A DNA stretch of 64,000 nucleotides from Arenicellales bacterium (GCA_965116335.1 OZ220677.1:784834-848833), one strand, 5' to 3'; positions 31,370 through 41,767 are shown, counted from the stretch's first letter. The notes: generated by a model not told the origin, from the letters alone. Program-made: numbers and translations.

Positions 31370-32386
31370 ATGCGTATCACCTCGCCCGCCCTGTCAACAC
31401 AATTGAAACAGGGGATTGCTCCCCTGTATCTGTTGTTCGGCCCCGAGACATTGCTGATCGAGGAAGCACTGGACCAGATTCGTGGCCAGTGCACTCAGGC
31501 AGGCTACAGTGAACGGATACGCCTGACCGCTGAGACCGGATTCGACTGGAATCGACTGCAACATGAAAGCAGCACCCTGTCATTGTTCGCCGACAAGCGG
31601 CTGATTGAGCTAAGGCTGCCAACCGGCAAACCGGGGGAAGCGGGCAGCAAGGCACTGGTAAACTTCGCACAGAAACTTGCCCCGGACACGACTCTGATTG
31701 TGGTCACCCATGCCATCGACAAACGCAGTCAGACGACAAAATGGTTCAAGGCGATCCAGGACAATGGTCTGGTGATCGAGTGCCCTGCTATCGGCAGCGC
31801 AAACCTGCCCGGCTGGATCAGCCGGAGAATGAGTGCCCAGGGGCTGAAACATGAACCCGGCGCTGCGGAGCATTTAAGTCAACTGGTTGAAGGCAACCTG
31901 CTGGCGGCAGCACAAGAAATCAACCTGCTTGGATTGCTTTATCCTGATCAGACCATTACCCCCCCGATCATCGAACAGACAAACGCCGATCATGCGCGTT
32001 TCAATGTATATGTTTTCGTCGATGCCTGTCTGGGCGGAACAATCGAGCGCACGATCCGCATTCTGCAAAACCTGAAACACGAGCAAGCGGAGCCGATCAT
32101 CATTCTGTGGGCGCTGGCCCGGGACGTGCGGACGCTATGCCAGCTCTCGGCAGCGATTGATCAGGGAGAACGCCCCGGCGGTTCCCTGTTCAAACGTCAT
32201 GGCATCTGGAGCAGTCGGAGCGCTCTGGTCAGTTCAGCACTGAATCGTCTCCCCAAAAGCCGCTGGGAGAACATCCTGCAACGCATCGGACATGCAGACC
32301 TGATGGTGAAAGGCCGAATCAGCTTCCGGCGCAAGGACATCTGGGAGGAAATCGAAAGTATTTCACTGGCGATATGTGGTTTATAA
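31370..32386 (+). CDS. holA: DNA polymerase III subunit delta
   Basis: ~338 aa with the HolA-type N-terminus ([20 protein letters not shown]) and leuS-lptE-holA synteny. ATG 31370 preferred over TTG 31364. Confidence 0.85.
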   Translation: MRITSPALSTQLKQGIAPLYLLFGPETLLIEEALDQIRGQCTQAGYSERIRLTAETGFDWNRLQHESSTLSLFADKRLIELRLPTGKPGEAGSKALVNFAQKLAPDTTLIVVTHAIDKRSQTTKWFKAIQDNGLVIECPAIGSANLPGWISRRMSAQGLKHEPGAAEHLSQLVEGNLLAAAQEINLLGLLYPDQTITPPIIEQTNADHARFNVYVFVDACLGGTIERTIRILQNLKHEQAEPIIILWALARDVRTLCQLSAAIDQGERPGGSLFKRHGIWSSRSALVSSALNRLPKSRWENILQRIGHADLMVKGRISFRRKDIWEEIESISLAICGL

Positions 32387-32426
32387 TAGTGCCCGTACCA
32401 GGCAACCCGATCCCGTTGGTCCTACT

Positions 32427-33695
32427 ATGACAGCGAATAACGACATTAAGGAGTATATGACTCGGCTCGGCCGTCAGGCGCGGGCCGCCTCGGCAACAGT
32501 AGCCAGAGCCACGACCGAACAGAAAGACGCGGCCCTGCATCATATCGCCAACTCCATAGAACGGCGTTGCGAAGACATCCTGGCTGCCAATGCCAGAGAC
32601 ATGGAGGCCGCGCTTGGCAACAACTTGACCAACGCGCTGCTGGACCGGCTTGAGCTGAATCGTACACGGGTATCCGCAATCGCCGAAGGCTGTAGACAGG
32701 TTGCCTCCCTGCACGACCCTGTGGGCGATGAGTCCGGGTTCAATGAACGCCCGAGCGGCCTGCGAATCAGCAAGATGCGGGTGCCTCTGGGAGTCATCGG
32801 CATCATTTATGAATCCCGCCCCAACGTAACCGTGGACGCAGCGATTCTATGCCTGAAGTCCGGTAATGCCGCTATTTTGCGCGGCGGCTCTGAGGCCATC
32901 CATTCCAATCTCGCGCTGGCTGTCTGTCTGTCCGAAGGGTTGCAGGAATCGGGTCTCGGCAGACACTGCATACAAGTGGTTGAAACCACAGACCGCCAGG
33001 CGGTTGACCAACTCATCACCCTGTCGAAGTATGTGGACATCATTGTCCCGCGAGGCGGCAAGAGCCTGATTGAACGGATCAGCGCGAGCGCCACCGTACC
33101 TGTGATCAAGCATCTTGAAGGACTTTGCCATGTCTATATTGATGATGACGCAGACCCGGACAAGGCGATTGCGGTCGCTTACAACGCCAAGGCCAGACGC
33201 TACGGAATCTGTGGCGCGATGGAAACCCTGCTGGTAGCCAAATCCGTTGCCGGAGAAATCCTGCCCCCGCTTTGCGCCCAATACCGCAACAAGGGCATCG
33301 AACTCAGGGGATGTGAAAAAGCCCGCGGGATTGTGCCTGAAATGGTCCCGGCCAGCGAAACCGATTGGAGTACCGAATACCTGGACGGCATTTTATCTAT
33401 TCGTGTGGTCGATGGTATTAACCAGGCAATCCGGCATATCGGAGATTATGGCTCACATCATACCGACGCGATTGTCACTGAAAACCCTGATCATCAACGC
33501 CAGTTCCTGCAACAGGTTGATTCCAGCTCGGTCATGGTCAATGCCTCCACCCAGTTTGCCGACGGCTTTGAATATGGTCTCGGCGCCGAAATCGGCATCA
33601 GCACAGATAAACTCCATGTGCGCGGCCCGGTCGGACTCGAAGGTCTGACCAGCCAGAAATACATCGTCATCGGCGATGGCGCGATTCGAGACTGA
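32427..33695 (+). CDS. proA: gamma-glutamyl phosphate reductase
   Basis: ProA blocks [34 protein letters not shown] and HHTDAIVT. Start set to ATG 32427 ([11 protein letters not shown]), because the ORF-track start would overlap holA. Confidence 0.93.
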   Translation: MTANNDIKEYMTRLGRQARAASATVARATTEQKDAALHHIANSIERRCEDILAANARDMEAALGNNLTNALLDRLELNRTRVSAIAEGCRQVASLHDPVGDESGFNERPSGLRISKMRVPLGVIGIIYESRPNVTVDAAILCLKSGNAAILRGGSEAIHSNLALAVCLSEGLQESGLGRHCIQVVETTDRQAVDQLITLSKYVDIIVPRGGKSLIERISASATVPVIKHLEGLCHVYIDDDADPDKAIAVAYNAKARRYGICGAMETLLVAKSVAGEILPPLCAQYRNKGIELRGCEKARGIVPEMVPASETDWSTEYLDGILSIRVVDGINQAIRHIGDYGSHHTDAIVTENPDHQRQFLQQVDSSSVMVNASTQFADGFEYGLGAEIGISTDKLHVRGPVGLEGLTSQKYIVIGDGAIRD

Positions 33696-33707
33696 TCACC
33701 GATCATT

Positions 33708-33897
33708 ATCGTAGGAGAAGGTCTTGTACCCTCCCGCGAATGTTGGAACAGGTATCAACGATAGCGGGCACCCACAGAGGGGCGCCCCTACGCATCGGTA
33801 ATTGCAGATTCAGTATGGTTGTGGATTCCCGCTTGTGCGGGAATGACGGGACAGGCGCAACGGGTCATCGTAGGGGCGGGTCTCCGTGCCCGCCCGC
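33708..33897. repeat. composite REP/MITE-like repeat cluster (four hairpin modules)
   Basis: cgtaggagaaggtcttgtaccctccc ... gggcacccacagaggggcgcccctacgcatcggtaattgca ... attcccgcttgtgcgggaat ... cgtaggggcgggtctccgtgcccgccc. The same module order occurs at 35226..35430 and, inverted, at 41024..41120. Confidence 0.8.
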
Positions 33898-34497
33898 AGT
33901 CGTTGCCTCAAGCAGAAAAACGCTCAGTTTCTCCCGCGCCTCAATCACTCCCAGCCGGTTGCTTGAGGAAAACAGTTGCACAGTGGTCTGCGGACTCGCG
34001 CTGACCTGCCGAACCACCGACTGGAAGATATTGGCCGCCTTGCCACGCTTGAATTTATCCGCCTTGGTCAACAGGATATGCGCTGGCAACTGTTGTTGCC
34101 AACAGTACTCCAGCATGGTGATATCGAGCTCGGTCAAAGGTCTGCGAATGTCCATCGGGATCACCAGCGCGCGCAGGCATTCCCGATTAAACAGATATTC
34201 CGTTATAAAATCCTGCCAGTGGCGGCGTAATGATTGCGGCGCTCTGGCGTAGCCGTAACCGGGCAAGTCGACCAGTCGATGGATAATATCCAGATCGAAA
34301 AATACGATTTGTCGGGTACGCCCCGGAATCTTGCTGGTTTTAGCCAGGTGATTCTGCCGGGTTATCGCATTGATAGCACTGGACTTGCCGACATTGGAAC
34401 GACCAGCGAAGGCAACTTCAGCGCCGATGTCCTCCGGCCATTGGGCAGGATAGTGCGCCGCAAGAGAATATTGTGCCCTGGAAAAGTCAATCATCAT
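33865..34497 (-). CDS. yihA: ribosome biogenesis GTP-binding protein YihA/EngB
   Basis: 210 aa with the G1 motif GRSNVGKSSAIN, G3 DLPGYG and G4 TKADK. The last ~10 codons (GGHGDPPLR) are read from the REP-like repeat. Confidence 0.9.
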   Translation of the reverse strand: MMIDFSRAQYSLAAHYPAQWPEDIGAEVAFAGRSNVGKSSAINAITRQNHLAKTSKIPGRTRQIVFFDLDIIHRLVDLPGYGYARAPQSLRRHWQDFITEYLFNRECLRALVIPMDIRRPLTELDITMLEYCWQQQLPAHILLTKADKFKRGKAANIFQSVVRQVSASPQTTVQLFSSSNRLGVIEAREKLSVFLLEATTAGGHGDPPLR

Positions 34498-34623
34498 TTC
34501 AGTTTTTCTGGTAAATATTGATATAATCGCGGCCTGAACCGATGTCTTCTCTCCTAATCCGGGCGAAGCTATTTATTCAAGTCGGGTATTCTATCCGACC
34601 GAATCCACAATCAGGGCTTTTAA

Positions 34624-35229
34624 ATGATTCGATTGTTTACATTGATGGGTGTATTTGCACTGCTCGTCACTATGAATACCGTCGGCATGGCACAGGATGC
34701 AGACGCGGGCAAGGCAAAATCCGAAACCTGCGTCGCCTGTCATGGCGTGGATGGCAACAGCCCACTGGATCAGTTCCCCAAAATTGCCGGTCAGGTGCCG
34801 GGCTATATTGCCGACCAGTTGGCCAAATTCAAGTCCGGGGAACGTGCCAGTACAGTGATGATGGGACTGGTTGCCGCCCTCAGCGAACAGGATATGGCCG
34901 ATATAGATGCCTGGTATTCCAGCCAGAGCATGACTGTTGGTTCAGTCTCTCCCGATCAGGAAGCGGAAGCCCGCGCCGGCGAAGCTATTTATCGTGGCGG
35001 CATCGCCGAATTTAACGTGCCATCCTGCATGGGCTGCCATGGCCCATCCGGCAGCGGCATCCCTCCCTTGTACCCTCGACTGGGCGGACAACACGCGAGT
35101 TATACCGAGACCGAGCTAAAAGCATTCAAATCCGGCGCCCGTGAACACCCGATCATGCAATCAATCGCCTTCGTCCTGAGCGAACAGCAAATCAAACAAC
35201 TCGCGCTATACCTGTCCGCGCTACAGTAG
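34624..35229 (+). CDS. di-haem cytochrome c4
   Basis: 201 aa with a signal peptide, two CxxCH sites (CVACHG, CMGCHG) and the repeated YPRLGGQH / FPKIAGQ motif of cytochrome c4. Confidence 0.9.
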   Translation: MIRLFTLMGVFALLVTMNTVGMAQDADAGKAKSETCVACHGVDGNSPLDQFPKIAGQVPGYIADQLAKFKSGERASTVMMGLVAALSEQDMADIDAWYSSQSMTVGSVSPDQEAEARAGEAIYRGGIAEFNVPSCMGCHGPSGSGIPPLYPRLGGQHASYTETELKAFKSGAREHPIMQSIAFVLSEQQIKQLALYLSALQ

Positions 35230-35430
35230 GGAGGGTCTTGTACCCTCCCGCGAATGTCGGAACGGGTATCAACGATAGCGGGCACCCACAAGGGGCGCCC
35301 CTACGCATCGGTAATTGCAAATTCCATATTATCGTGGATTCCCGTTTTCACGGGAATGACGAGAGGGGGCAGGAATTGACGGGGTAAGGCCGTAAACGTC
35401 ATCGTAGGGGAGGGTCTTGTACCCTCCCGC
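35226..35430. repeat. composite REP/MITE-like repeat cluster
   Basis: gtagggagggtcttgtaccctcccgcgaatgtcggaacgggtatcaacgatagcgggcacccacaaggggcgcccctacgcatcggtaattgca ... attcccgttttcacgggaat ... cgtaggggagggtcttgtaccctccc. Near-identical to 33708..33897 over the first ~100 bp. Confidence 0.8.
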
Positions 35431-35446
35431 TGTCGGTGGGAGAGCG

Positions 35447-36334
35447 TCAGCCAATCGCTGACGGTACTTCGATGCCGTTTTGCCGACAGGCCGCAATGAT
35501 CGTATTACGCAACAGACAGGCAATCGTCATCGGGCCAACCCCACCGGGCACCGGAGTCACCGCGTCCGCCACCTGCATCGCCGACTGGTAATCGACATCT
35601 CCGGTCAATCTGTTTTTGCCATCATCCCCGGCGACCCGGTTTATACCGACGTCAATCACCGTGGCGCCGGGTTTGATCCAGTCGCCCTTGACCAATTCAG
35701 GAACCCCCACTGCCGCTACCACGATATCCGCCTGACGGCATACCGCAGGCAGGTCCCGGGTTCTCGAATGCGCTATCGTGACCGTGCAGTTTTCCCGCAG
35801 CAACAGGATCGATACCGGCTTGCCGACAATATTCGAGCGACCTACGATGACCGCGTTTTTCCCGCTTAAATTCCCTAAATGATCTTTCAGCAGCATAATA
35901 CATCCTGCGGGCGTGCAGGGAACCAGTGAATCTTCCCCAATGCTGAGTCGGCCCACGTTCTGGATGTGAAATCCATCTACATCCTTGTCCACGTGGATGG
36001 CATTGATCACCTTGCTTTCGTCTATCTGCTTCGGCAACGGCAACTGTACCAGTATACCGTTGATTGCCGGATCATCATTCAATCGGTTAACCAGGGCCAG
36101 CAAATCTTCCTCTGAAGTATCCACGGGCATCTTATGTTCAATCGAATCCATACCGACTTCGACAGTCTGCTTCGCCTTGTTCCTGACGTAAACCTGACTG
36201 GCCGGGTCTTCTCCCACCAGGACGACAGCCAGACCGGGTTTGACGCTATGTTCGTTGCCGATTTGTTGAACCGCGCCTGCGATACGTCCTCTCAATTTCG
36301 TCGCGAACGCCTTGCCATCAATTACTGTTGCCAT
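35447..36334 (-). CDS. folD: bifunctional methylenetetrahydrofolate dehydrogenase/cyclohydrolase FolD
   Basis: 295 aa with blocks [36 protein letters not shown] and [10 protein letters not shown]. Confidence 0.95.
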   Translation of the reverse strand: MATVIDGKAFATKLRGRIAGAVQQIGNEHSVKPGLAVVLVGEDPASQVYVRNKAKQTVEVGMDSIEHKMPVDTSEEDLLALVNRLNDDPAINGILVQLPLPKQIDESKVINAIHVDKDVDGFHIQNVGRLSIGEDSLVPCTPAGCIMLLKDHLGNLSGKNAVIVGRSNIVGKPVSILLLRENCTVTIAHSRTRDLPAVCRQADIVVAAVGVPELVKGDWIKPGATVIDVGINRVAGDDGKNRLTGDVDYQSAMQVADAVTPVPGGVGPMTIACLLRNTIIAACRQNGIEVPSAIG

Positions 36335-36461
36335 TAGCCTTACCTGAATAAATATCGAAATTAAAAAGCCGCTATTTTACCCGTTTATTTCAACCGAATC
36401 TGAACCAGATTGAAAATCCGGGATATAATCAGACCAGAAAATTGCTCTTTATTCCCTGCCA

Positions 36462-37445
36462 ATGACTCCACCCAGAATCGCATTCCTTTTCCCCGGTCAG
36501 GGGTCTCAATATCCCGGCATCGGCCACGACCTGTATCAGCAGCATACCAGCGTCAAGGACACCTACACCGAGGCCAGTGACGCACTTGGCTATGACATCG
36601 CCAGACTGTCTTTTGAAGACCCGGACGGGGAGATCAACCTGACTCGCTACACTCAGCCGGTATTGTTGACTCACTCCACCGCCTGCCTGCGACTGTTGAC
36701 TGAACAACTTGGCCACGAAATCAGGCCAGTACTGGCGGCTGGTCATAGTCTGGGGGAATATTCCGCTCTGGTAGCAACCGGTTCTTTAAGTTTTGAAGCC
36801 GGATTGCAGCTGGTAAAAACCCGCGGTGAACTGATGGGCGAATTTGGAGAAGGTGAAATGGAGGCGTTGATGATTGACCTCGAATCGGCGACCCAACTTG
36901 CCGAACAACACTATTGTGGCATCGCCGCCTGCAATCTCCCGGAGCAAAATGCAGTAGGCGGACGCGCACAGGACCTGGATGCGCTGGTAGCCGACATGGC
37001 CGGGAAGTTTCCCGGTAAACGAAGCGCAAGACTGAAAACCGAAGGCGCGTTCCATACCTATTACATGGTCGAGGCCGCACAAAGATTCAGAGAGGTACTG
37101 GAACAGGCGGAACTTGCCGTACCTTCGGTCGATGTCCTGTCCAACTTCACCGGGAAGGCGCATGACCGCGACCCGGATTCGATCCGTTCCCGATTGTTTT
37201 TACAGCTTTTCAATCCGGTACTGTGGCATCAGAACCTGATTTGCGCCAGTCAATATGGCGTCGATCTGATGATTGAGTTCGGTGGCGGCATCGGTAAAAG
37301 CGGAGCGGTCAAGCGTCCTAACCTGGAAGGCATCGTGAAGCGGGCTTTCAGGGGTAGCGAATCAGCACCTGAATACCTGGCCGTGATCAATCCCGACAGT
37401 CTCGAGCAGACTGTTGCCAGGGTTTCCGGGCTGATTCAGGATTGA
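36462..37445 (+). CDS. FabD-like acyltransferase (ACP S-malonyltransferase family), outside a fab cluster
   Basis: 327 aa with FLFPGQGSQ and the active-site GHSLGEYSAL. No fabH/fabG/acpP neighbours. Confidence 0.8.
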   Translation: MTPPRIAFLFPGQGSQYPGIGHDLYQQHTSVKDTYTEASDALGYDIARLSFEDPDGEINLTRYTQPVLLTHSTACLRLLTEQLGHEIRPVLAAGHSLGEYSALVATGSLSFEAGLQLVKTRGELMGEFGEGEMEALMIDLESATQLAEQHYCGIAACNLPEQNAVGGRAQDLDALVADMAGKFPGKRSARLKTEGAFHTYYMVEAAQRFREVLEQAELAVPSVDVLSNFTGKAHDRDPDSIRSRLFLQLFNPVLWHQNLICASQYGVDLMIEFGGGIGKSGAVKRPNLEGIVKRAFRGSESAPEYLAVINPDSLEQTVARVSGLIQD

Positions 37446-38380
37446 CTCAATACCCGGACGTGTTCGGTGACTGATTCCGCCAATGCTGTGAGGTCGTAAC
37501 CGCCCTCGAGAACGGAGATCAATCTGCTCTCGCAACACTGGTCAGCCAATTCCATCATCATTTGGGTCATCCAGACGTAGCTTTCGTTTTCCAGATTGAT
37601 AGCGCCCAGAGGGTCTGCTCGGTGGGCATCGAAACCTGCCGAAATCAGCACGGCATCCGTGCAAAAGGCGCGTGCTCGCGGCAATATGATTTCCTCGAAC
37701 GCCTGCCGGTACTGATGATCTCCCAGACCGGGACTCATCGGGCAATTCAGAGTTGTCCCTTCGCCTTCACCGATTCCCGTTTCTGCCAGCGAGCCGGTTC
37801 CGGGATAATGGGGAAACTGGTGCAGGCTGATATAAAACACCGATGAATCGCGCTCGAAAATATGCTGCGTACCGTTACCGTGATGCACGTCCCAGTCCAG
37901 AATCAGGATTCGTTCCAGTCCGTATCTGCTTTGCAGATAGCGGGCCGAAACGGCAATACTGTTGAACAGGCAGAACCCCATCGCCTCCGCCACTTCCGCA
38001 TGATGTCCGGGAGGCCGTACCATCGCGAAACCATTGTCCATATCACCGGCCATGACCTGATCGGCCAGTTCAAGTACGCTGCCGGTCGCGTTCAGCGCAA
38101 CCTCACAGGATTCTGCACAAACCGAAACGTCAGGGCTGTCTATCCGACTCGCACCGGACTCGCAGGCCTGTTGCACCCGATCAATGTACTCGGCATCGTG
38201 AACCAATCGCACAATGTCGGGGCACGCCTTCTTGGGCGAGCATTGATGCAGGGATTCAAACCACTCCTGAGCGCTCAACCGATCATGCGCGGCAGTCAGG
38301 CGCTGACTGCGCTCTGGATGACCAAATCCGGTGTCATGAGACAGGAATAGCGGATCATAGATGTATGCGGTTCGTAACAT
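37436..38380 (-). CDS. histone deacetylase family (HDAC-like amidohydrolase) protein
   Basis: 314 aa with RPPGHHA and ILDWDVHHGNGTQ motifs. Confidence 0.88.
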   Translation of the reverse strand: MLRTAYIYDPLFLSHDTGFGHPERSQRLTAAHDRLSAQEWFESLHQCSPKKACPDIVRLVHDAEYIDRVQQACESGASRIDSPDVSVCAESCEVALNATGSVLELADQVMAGDMDNGFAMVRPPGHHAEVAEAMGFCLFNSIAVSARYLQSRYGLERILILDWDVHHGNGTQHIFERDSSVFYISLHQFPHYPGTGSLAETGIGEGEGTTLNCPMSPGLGDHQYRQAFEEIILPRARAFCTDAVLISAGFDAHRADPLGAINLENESYVWMTQMMMELADQCCESRLISVLEGGYDLTALAESVTEHVRVLSQS

Positions 38381-38383
38381 GAT

Positions 38384-38842
38384 TCAGTTTTTCCCGGTTG
38401 AACCGAAACCTCCGTCGATGCGTTCGCTGTGCCCGAACGAATCAACCACATTGAACTCCGCCTGAACCACCGGAACAATCACCATCTGGGCAATGCGGTC
38501 ACCCGGCCGTATAGTGAACTCCGTACCGCTACGATTCCAGCAGGAGATGAATAGCTGCCCCTGATAATCAGAATCAATCAATCCGGTCAGATTGCCGAGC
38601 ACAATCCCCTGTTTGTGTCCGGTGCCGGAACGCGGTATCAAAACTGCTGCAAATCCGGGATCGGCGATATGAATGGCTATTCCGGTCGGGATCAATTCCG
38701 TCTGTCCGGGCTTGAGCGCCAGTGCCTGCTCAATACAGGCACGCAGGTCAAGTCCCGCCGAACCCGGCGTGGCATATCCGGGCAGGCCGAATTCGTTCTC
38801 TATCCGCGAATCCAGAATCCTGACATCAATCCTTTTTTTCAA
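38384..38842 (-). CDS. dut: dUTP diphosphatase
   Basis: 152 aa with blocks [26 protein letters not shown] and a C-terminal GGFGSTG. Confidence 0.95.
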   Translation of the reverse strand: MKKRIDVRILDSRIENEFGLPGYATPGSAGLDLRACIEQALALKPGQTELIPTGIAIHIADPGFAAVLIPRSGTGHKQGIVLGNLTGLIDSDYQGQLFISCWNRSGTEFTIRPGDRIAQMVIVPVVQAEFNVVDSFGHSERIDGGFGSTGKN

Positions 38843-38863
38843 CGTCGCGTGGCCCTGGGGACG

Positions 38864-39019
38864 CTATTTGATTTTTGCTTCCTTGTACGCAACGTGTTTG
38901 CGGACCACCGGATCGTACTTGCGGATCTCCATTTTCTCGGTCATGGTGCGTTTGTTTTTGGTAGTCGTGTAGTAATGGCCGGTGCCGGCACTCGATACCA
39001 GTTTGATCTTGTCTCTCAT
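38864..39019 (-). CDS. rpmG: 50S ribosomal protein L33
   Basis: Below the ORF-track length cutoff. Hand translation of the minus strand gives [51 protein letters not shown] (51 aa), directly downstream of rpmB. Confidence 0.92.
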   Translation of the reverse strand: MRDKIKLVSSAGTGHYYTTTKNKRTMTEKMEIRKYDPVVRKHVAYKEAKIK

Positions 39020-39072
39020 TTGCAAATGTCTCCTGGAACGTTCCTCTTACAACAAATCCCCGTCAAAACGCC

Positions 39073-39309
39073 TCAGGCGGTTTCACCTCGAGACCGGATT
39101 TCCCCCAGCACATGGTCAATGCCTTTCTTGTCGATGGTTCGCAGTCCGGCAGACGATACACGAAGGCGCACCCAGCGATTTTCACTCTCAACCCAGAAAC
39201 GACGGCTGTGCAAATTGGGCAGGAACTTGCGCCTGGTTTTATTGTGCGCGTGAGAAACATTGTTGCCGGTTACGGTTCGTTTCCCGGTTACTTGACAGAC
39301 TCTGGTCAT
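39073..39309 (-). CDS. rpmB: 50S ribosomal protein L28
   Basis: 78 aa [33 protein letters not shown]... is canonical L28. Confidence 0.95.
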   Translation of the reverse strand: MTRVCQVTGKRTVTGNNVSHAHNKTRRKFLPNLHSRRFWVESENRWVRLRVSSAGLRTIDKKGIDHVLGEIRSRGETA

Positions 39310-39405
39310 GGCCTTACCTTGAACTTCATTAAATTAACGGATCGGGGCGCGATTTATACCAGAAAAAAGCCCGGTTGGGTAGTGATAATGACGGAAATGA
39401 GTGTT

Positions 39406-39897
39406 TCAGACGCTAAATTCATACAGTGAGACCGACTGATCCGACTTCTTGTTAAACTCCTGCCACATTTGATCATAGGTTTTGCCCGTGACCGGATGCA
39501 ACATTTGAGGATGCAGGTCGGCCAGCGGCTTCAACACATAAGCGAACTTCTCGATTCCGTACCGGGGAATATCATACCCGTCAGAACGCAGATCCTGTTC
39601 CCCGAACAGAATCACATCAATATCCAGCAATCGGTTGTCAAACGATTTGTCTCCCCGTACACGCCCCACATCCGACTCAATTCCGCGCAGGGACTCACGA
39701 ATCCGGAGAAGATCGTCCCCGGAATAAAACCCAAGCACAAGATTCAGAAATGGCGGCCCCTCGAACCCGACAGAGGCAGTCTCATAGACCGGAGACAGAT
39801 TGATCTCACCGTATCTCGCTACGATTTCATGAATTGCGTAACGGATGTTTTTATCGCGCTCGATATTACTTCCAATACTGAGCAGTATGTAAGTCAC
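39406..39897 (-). CDS. folK: 2-amino-4-hydroxy-6-hydroxymethyldihydropteridine diphosphokinase
   Basis: 163 aa with LLSIGSNI, the PVYET..VG block and LDIDVILF; downstream of folB. Confidence 0.88.
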   Translation of the reverse strand: MTYILLSIGSNIERDKNIRYAIHEIVARYGEINLSPVYETASVGFEGPPFLNLVLGFYSGDDLLRIRESLRGIESDVGRVRGDKSFDNRLLDIDVILFGEQDLRSDGYDIPRYGIEKFAYVLKPLADLHPQMLHPVTGKTYDQMWQEFNKKSDQSVSLYEFSV

Positions 39898-39900
39898 GGT

Positions 39901-40257
39901 TCACTCCTTATGCCCACGCTCAATAATAATACCGACATCCCCGGCTCCCCTGATTGCCCCGAATTTGTTGATTTTGACCCGACACCACTTGATACCAAAT
40001 TCGCCGGTCAGGATTCCGGCAACCTCTTCCGCCAGTTTCTCCACTAACTGAAACCGCGAATCGCGAATAAATGACTCGACCCGCTTGGACACGTCCCGAT
40101 AACTCAATGTATCCCGGATTTCATCGCTGTTGGCGGCGCTTGTGATGTCAAAACCCATGTCAAGATCAATCGTGATGCTCTGGGTAATCTGTTTTTCCCA
40201 CTCCCAGACCCCGATAACACAATCGACTTTCAAACCGTGAAGGTAAATAATATCCAT
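39901..40257 (-). CDS. folB: dihydroneopterin aldolase
   Basis: 118 aa MDIIYLHGLKVDCVIGVWEWEK...DTLSYRDV... typical FolB. Confidence 0.88.
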   Translation of the reverse strand: MDIIYLHGLKVDCVIGVWEWEKQITQSITIDLDMGFDITSAANSDEIRDTLSYRDVSKRVESFIRDSRFQLVEKLAEEVAGILTGEFGIKWCRVKINKFGAIRGAGDVGIIIERGHKE

Positions 40258-40376
40258 GACTTTTTCCTTATACTTCTACAATGTTTCTACTGTAGGTTTT
40301 ACTGTAATCTCAACCCGAAAGCAATGGTATGGATCCGAACTGATCCAGACGGCAATCATACCCGATATTACCGCCA

Positions 40377-40964
40377 ATGATAGACTACCTTCTACCTCTA
40401 CTTGCCTATTGTTTTGGTTCTGTTTCCAGTGCCATTGTAGTCTGTCGGGTAATGGGGCTGACCGACCCCAGAAGCACTGGATCAAACAATCCCGGAACAA
40501 CCAATGTATTGCGAATCGGAGGCTGGCCAGCGGCAGCCATCACCCTGATCGGCGATGTACTCAAAGGATTGATTCCAGTCCTGGTAGCCAGAGAATTGAC
40601 TGACGGCACACTCATCGTTTCACTGACCGGAGCAGCCGCTTTCCTGGGGCACCTGTACCCCGTATTTTTCGGCTTCCGGGGAGGCAAGGGAGTCGCCACC
40701 GCCTGTGGCGTGTTGTTGGCAATCAGCGGGGTTCTGACTCTGATACTGATAGCAACCTGGCTGGCTGTAGCCGTCCTGTTTCGATACTCATCACTGGCCG
40801 CCCTCACGGCAGCGGCACTGGCACCCGTGATGGTTCTGTGGCTACTGTCAGACCCTTCGCTGCTGGCTATGAGCCTGATCATCACGGCACTGCTTTTCTG
40901 GCGTCATCGCGGCAACATAACCCGCCTGCTGGCAGGAACCGAAAGCAAAATCAAACTCCGATAA
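40377..40964 (+). CDS. plsY: glycerol-3-phosphate acyltransferase PlsY
   Basis: 195 aa with blocks GSGNPGTTNVLR, DVLKG and GFRGGKGVAT. Confidence 0.92.
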   Translation: MIDYLLPLLAYCFGSVSSAIVVCRVMGLTDPRSTGSNNPGTTNVLRIGGWPAAAITLIGDVLKGLIPVLVARELTDGTLIVSLTGAAAFLGHLYPVFFGFRGGKGVATACGVLLAISGVLTLILIATWLAVAVLFRYSSLAALTAAALAPVMVLWLLSDPSLLAMSLIITALLFWRHRGNITRLLAGTESKIKLR

Positions 40965-41023
40965 TAACGATTACCAACCGTCTTTCCCTTGATAAGCGGG
41001 GATCCACAACCATACGGAATCTG

Positions 41024-41120
41024 CAATTACCCATGCGTAGGGACAGGCCTCTGTGCCTGTCCGGTATCGTTGATACCCGTTTCGATCATTCGCGGGAGGG
41101 TACAAGACCCTCCCCTACGA
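41024..41120. repeat. REP/MITE-like repeat, inverted orientation relative to 33708 and 35226
   Basis: The reverse complement reads cgtaggggagggtcttgtaccctcccgcgaatgatcgaaacgggtatcaacgataccggacaggcacagaggcctgtccctacgcatgggtaattg. Same module order, with a compensated second hairpin. Confidence 0.8.
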
Positions 41121-41152
41121 CATCATTTCGATCCCTGTGTCATCCACTCGAA

Positions 41153-41677
41153 TTACAAAATGTAGAAAAAATGATTGCCGACCTGGGCGATGAGTCTGCC
41201 TTCTGCTGTCCAGTAGGGCTTTACATACGAAGCATGATAATGAGTGGCGTTGCCAACCTCGGTCACAGTCTCCCCGTCAAGAAATGACTGCGCCAGTGCC
41301 AGTGACTGCCGCCATGCCTTCAAATCATTGACCGAATGATATTTCAAGGCGGTATGGGTCCAGCTGAATTGTTTCCATTGCCACACAACCTCACAGATTG
41401 CATTCGGATAGCTCTTGCTCTTGACCCGATTCATGATGACCGCCGCGATTGCCAACTGCCCTTTTATACCCTCGCCGCGACCTTCATGATAAAGAGTCAA
41501 TGCCATACAACCCAATTCCTGTCCCGGAGTCAAATCAGAAAAATCCAGCTTCTGCCTGAAATGGGTGTGATCCGCATGACTGACACTGGATAACAGGATA
41601 CCGGCTACCAATCCTGAGATCACCAGGATTCTCACGAAAATCTCCCCAACGGTAAGTTTAATGTGCATATCTGCCAA
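41153..41677 (-). CDS. cell wall hydrolase (SleB / Hydrolase_2 family)
   Basis: 174 aa with an N-terminal signal/anchor and blocks LTLYHEGRGE, ICEVVWQWKQFSW and ATHYHASYVKPYW. Confidence 0.75.
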   Translation of the reverse strand: MADMHIKLTVGEIFVRILVISGLVAGILLSSVSHADHTHFRQKLDFSDLTPGQELGCMALTLYHEGRGEGIKGQLAIAAVIMNRVKSKSYPNAICEVVWQWKQFSWTHTALKYHSVNDLKAWRQSLALAQSFLDGETVTEVGNATHYHASYVKPYWTAEGRLIAQVGNHFFYIL

Positions 41678-41767
41678 TTTTCATCACATAACAGTCATTC
41701 CGCCACAACTATACCATAACTATGCAATATTCTCGCAATAATAAAGTTTCTGTTGTAACGGGTACGT

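Noticed and set aside
30499-31494. 331-aa minus-strand ORF spanning the leuS 3' end, lptE and the holA 5' end
   Set aside because: It is antisense to three well-supported genes and its product is Ser/Arg-rich with no motifs. This is a typical GC-rich shadow frame.
33740-34252. 170-aa plus-strand ORF starting in the repeat cluster after proA (also 33819..34004)
   Set aside because: It is assembled from REP-like repeat sequence and the antisense strand of engB. The peptides (VGAGLRARP-like) are the usual translation artefacts of these repeats.
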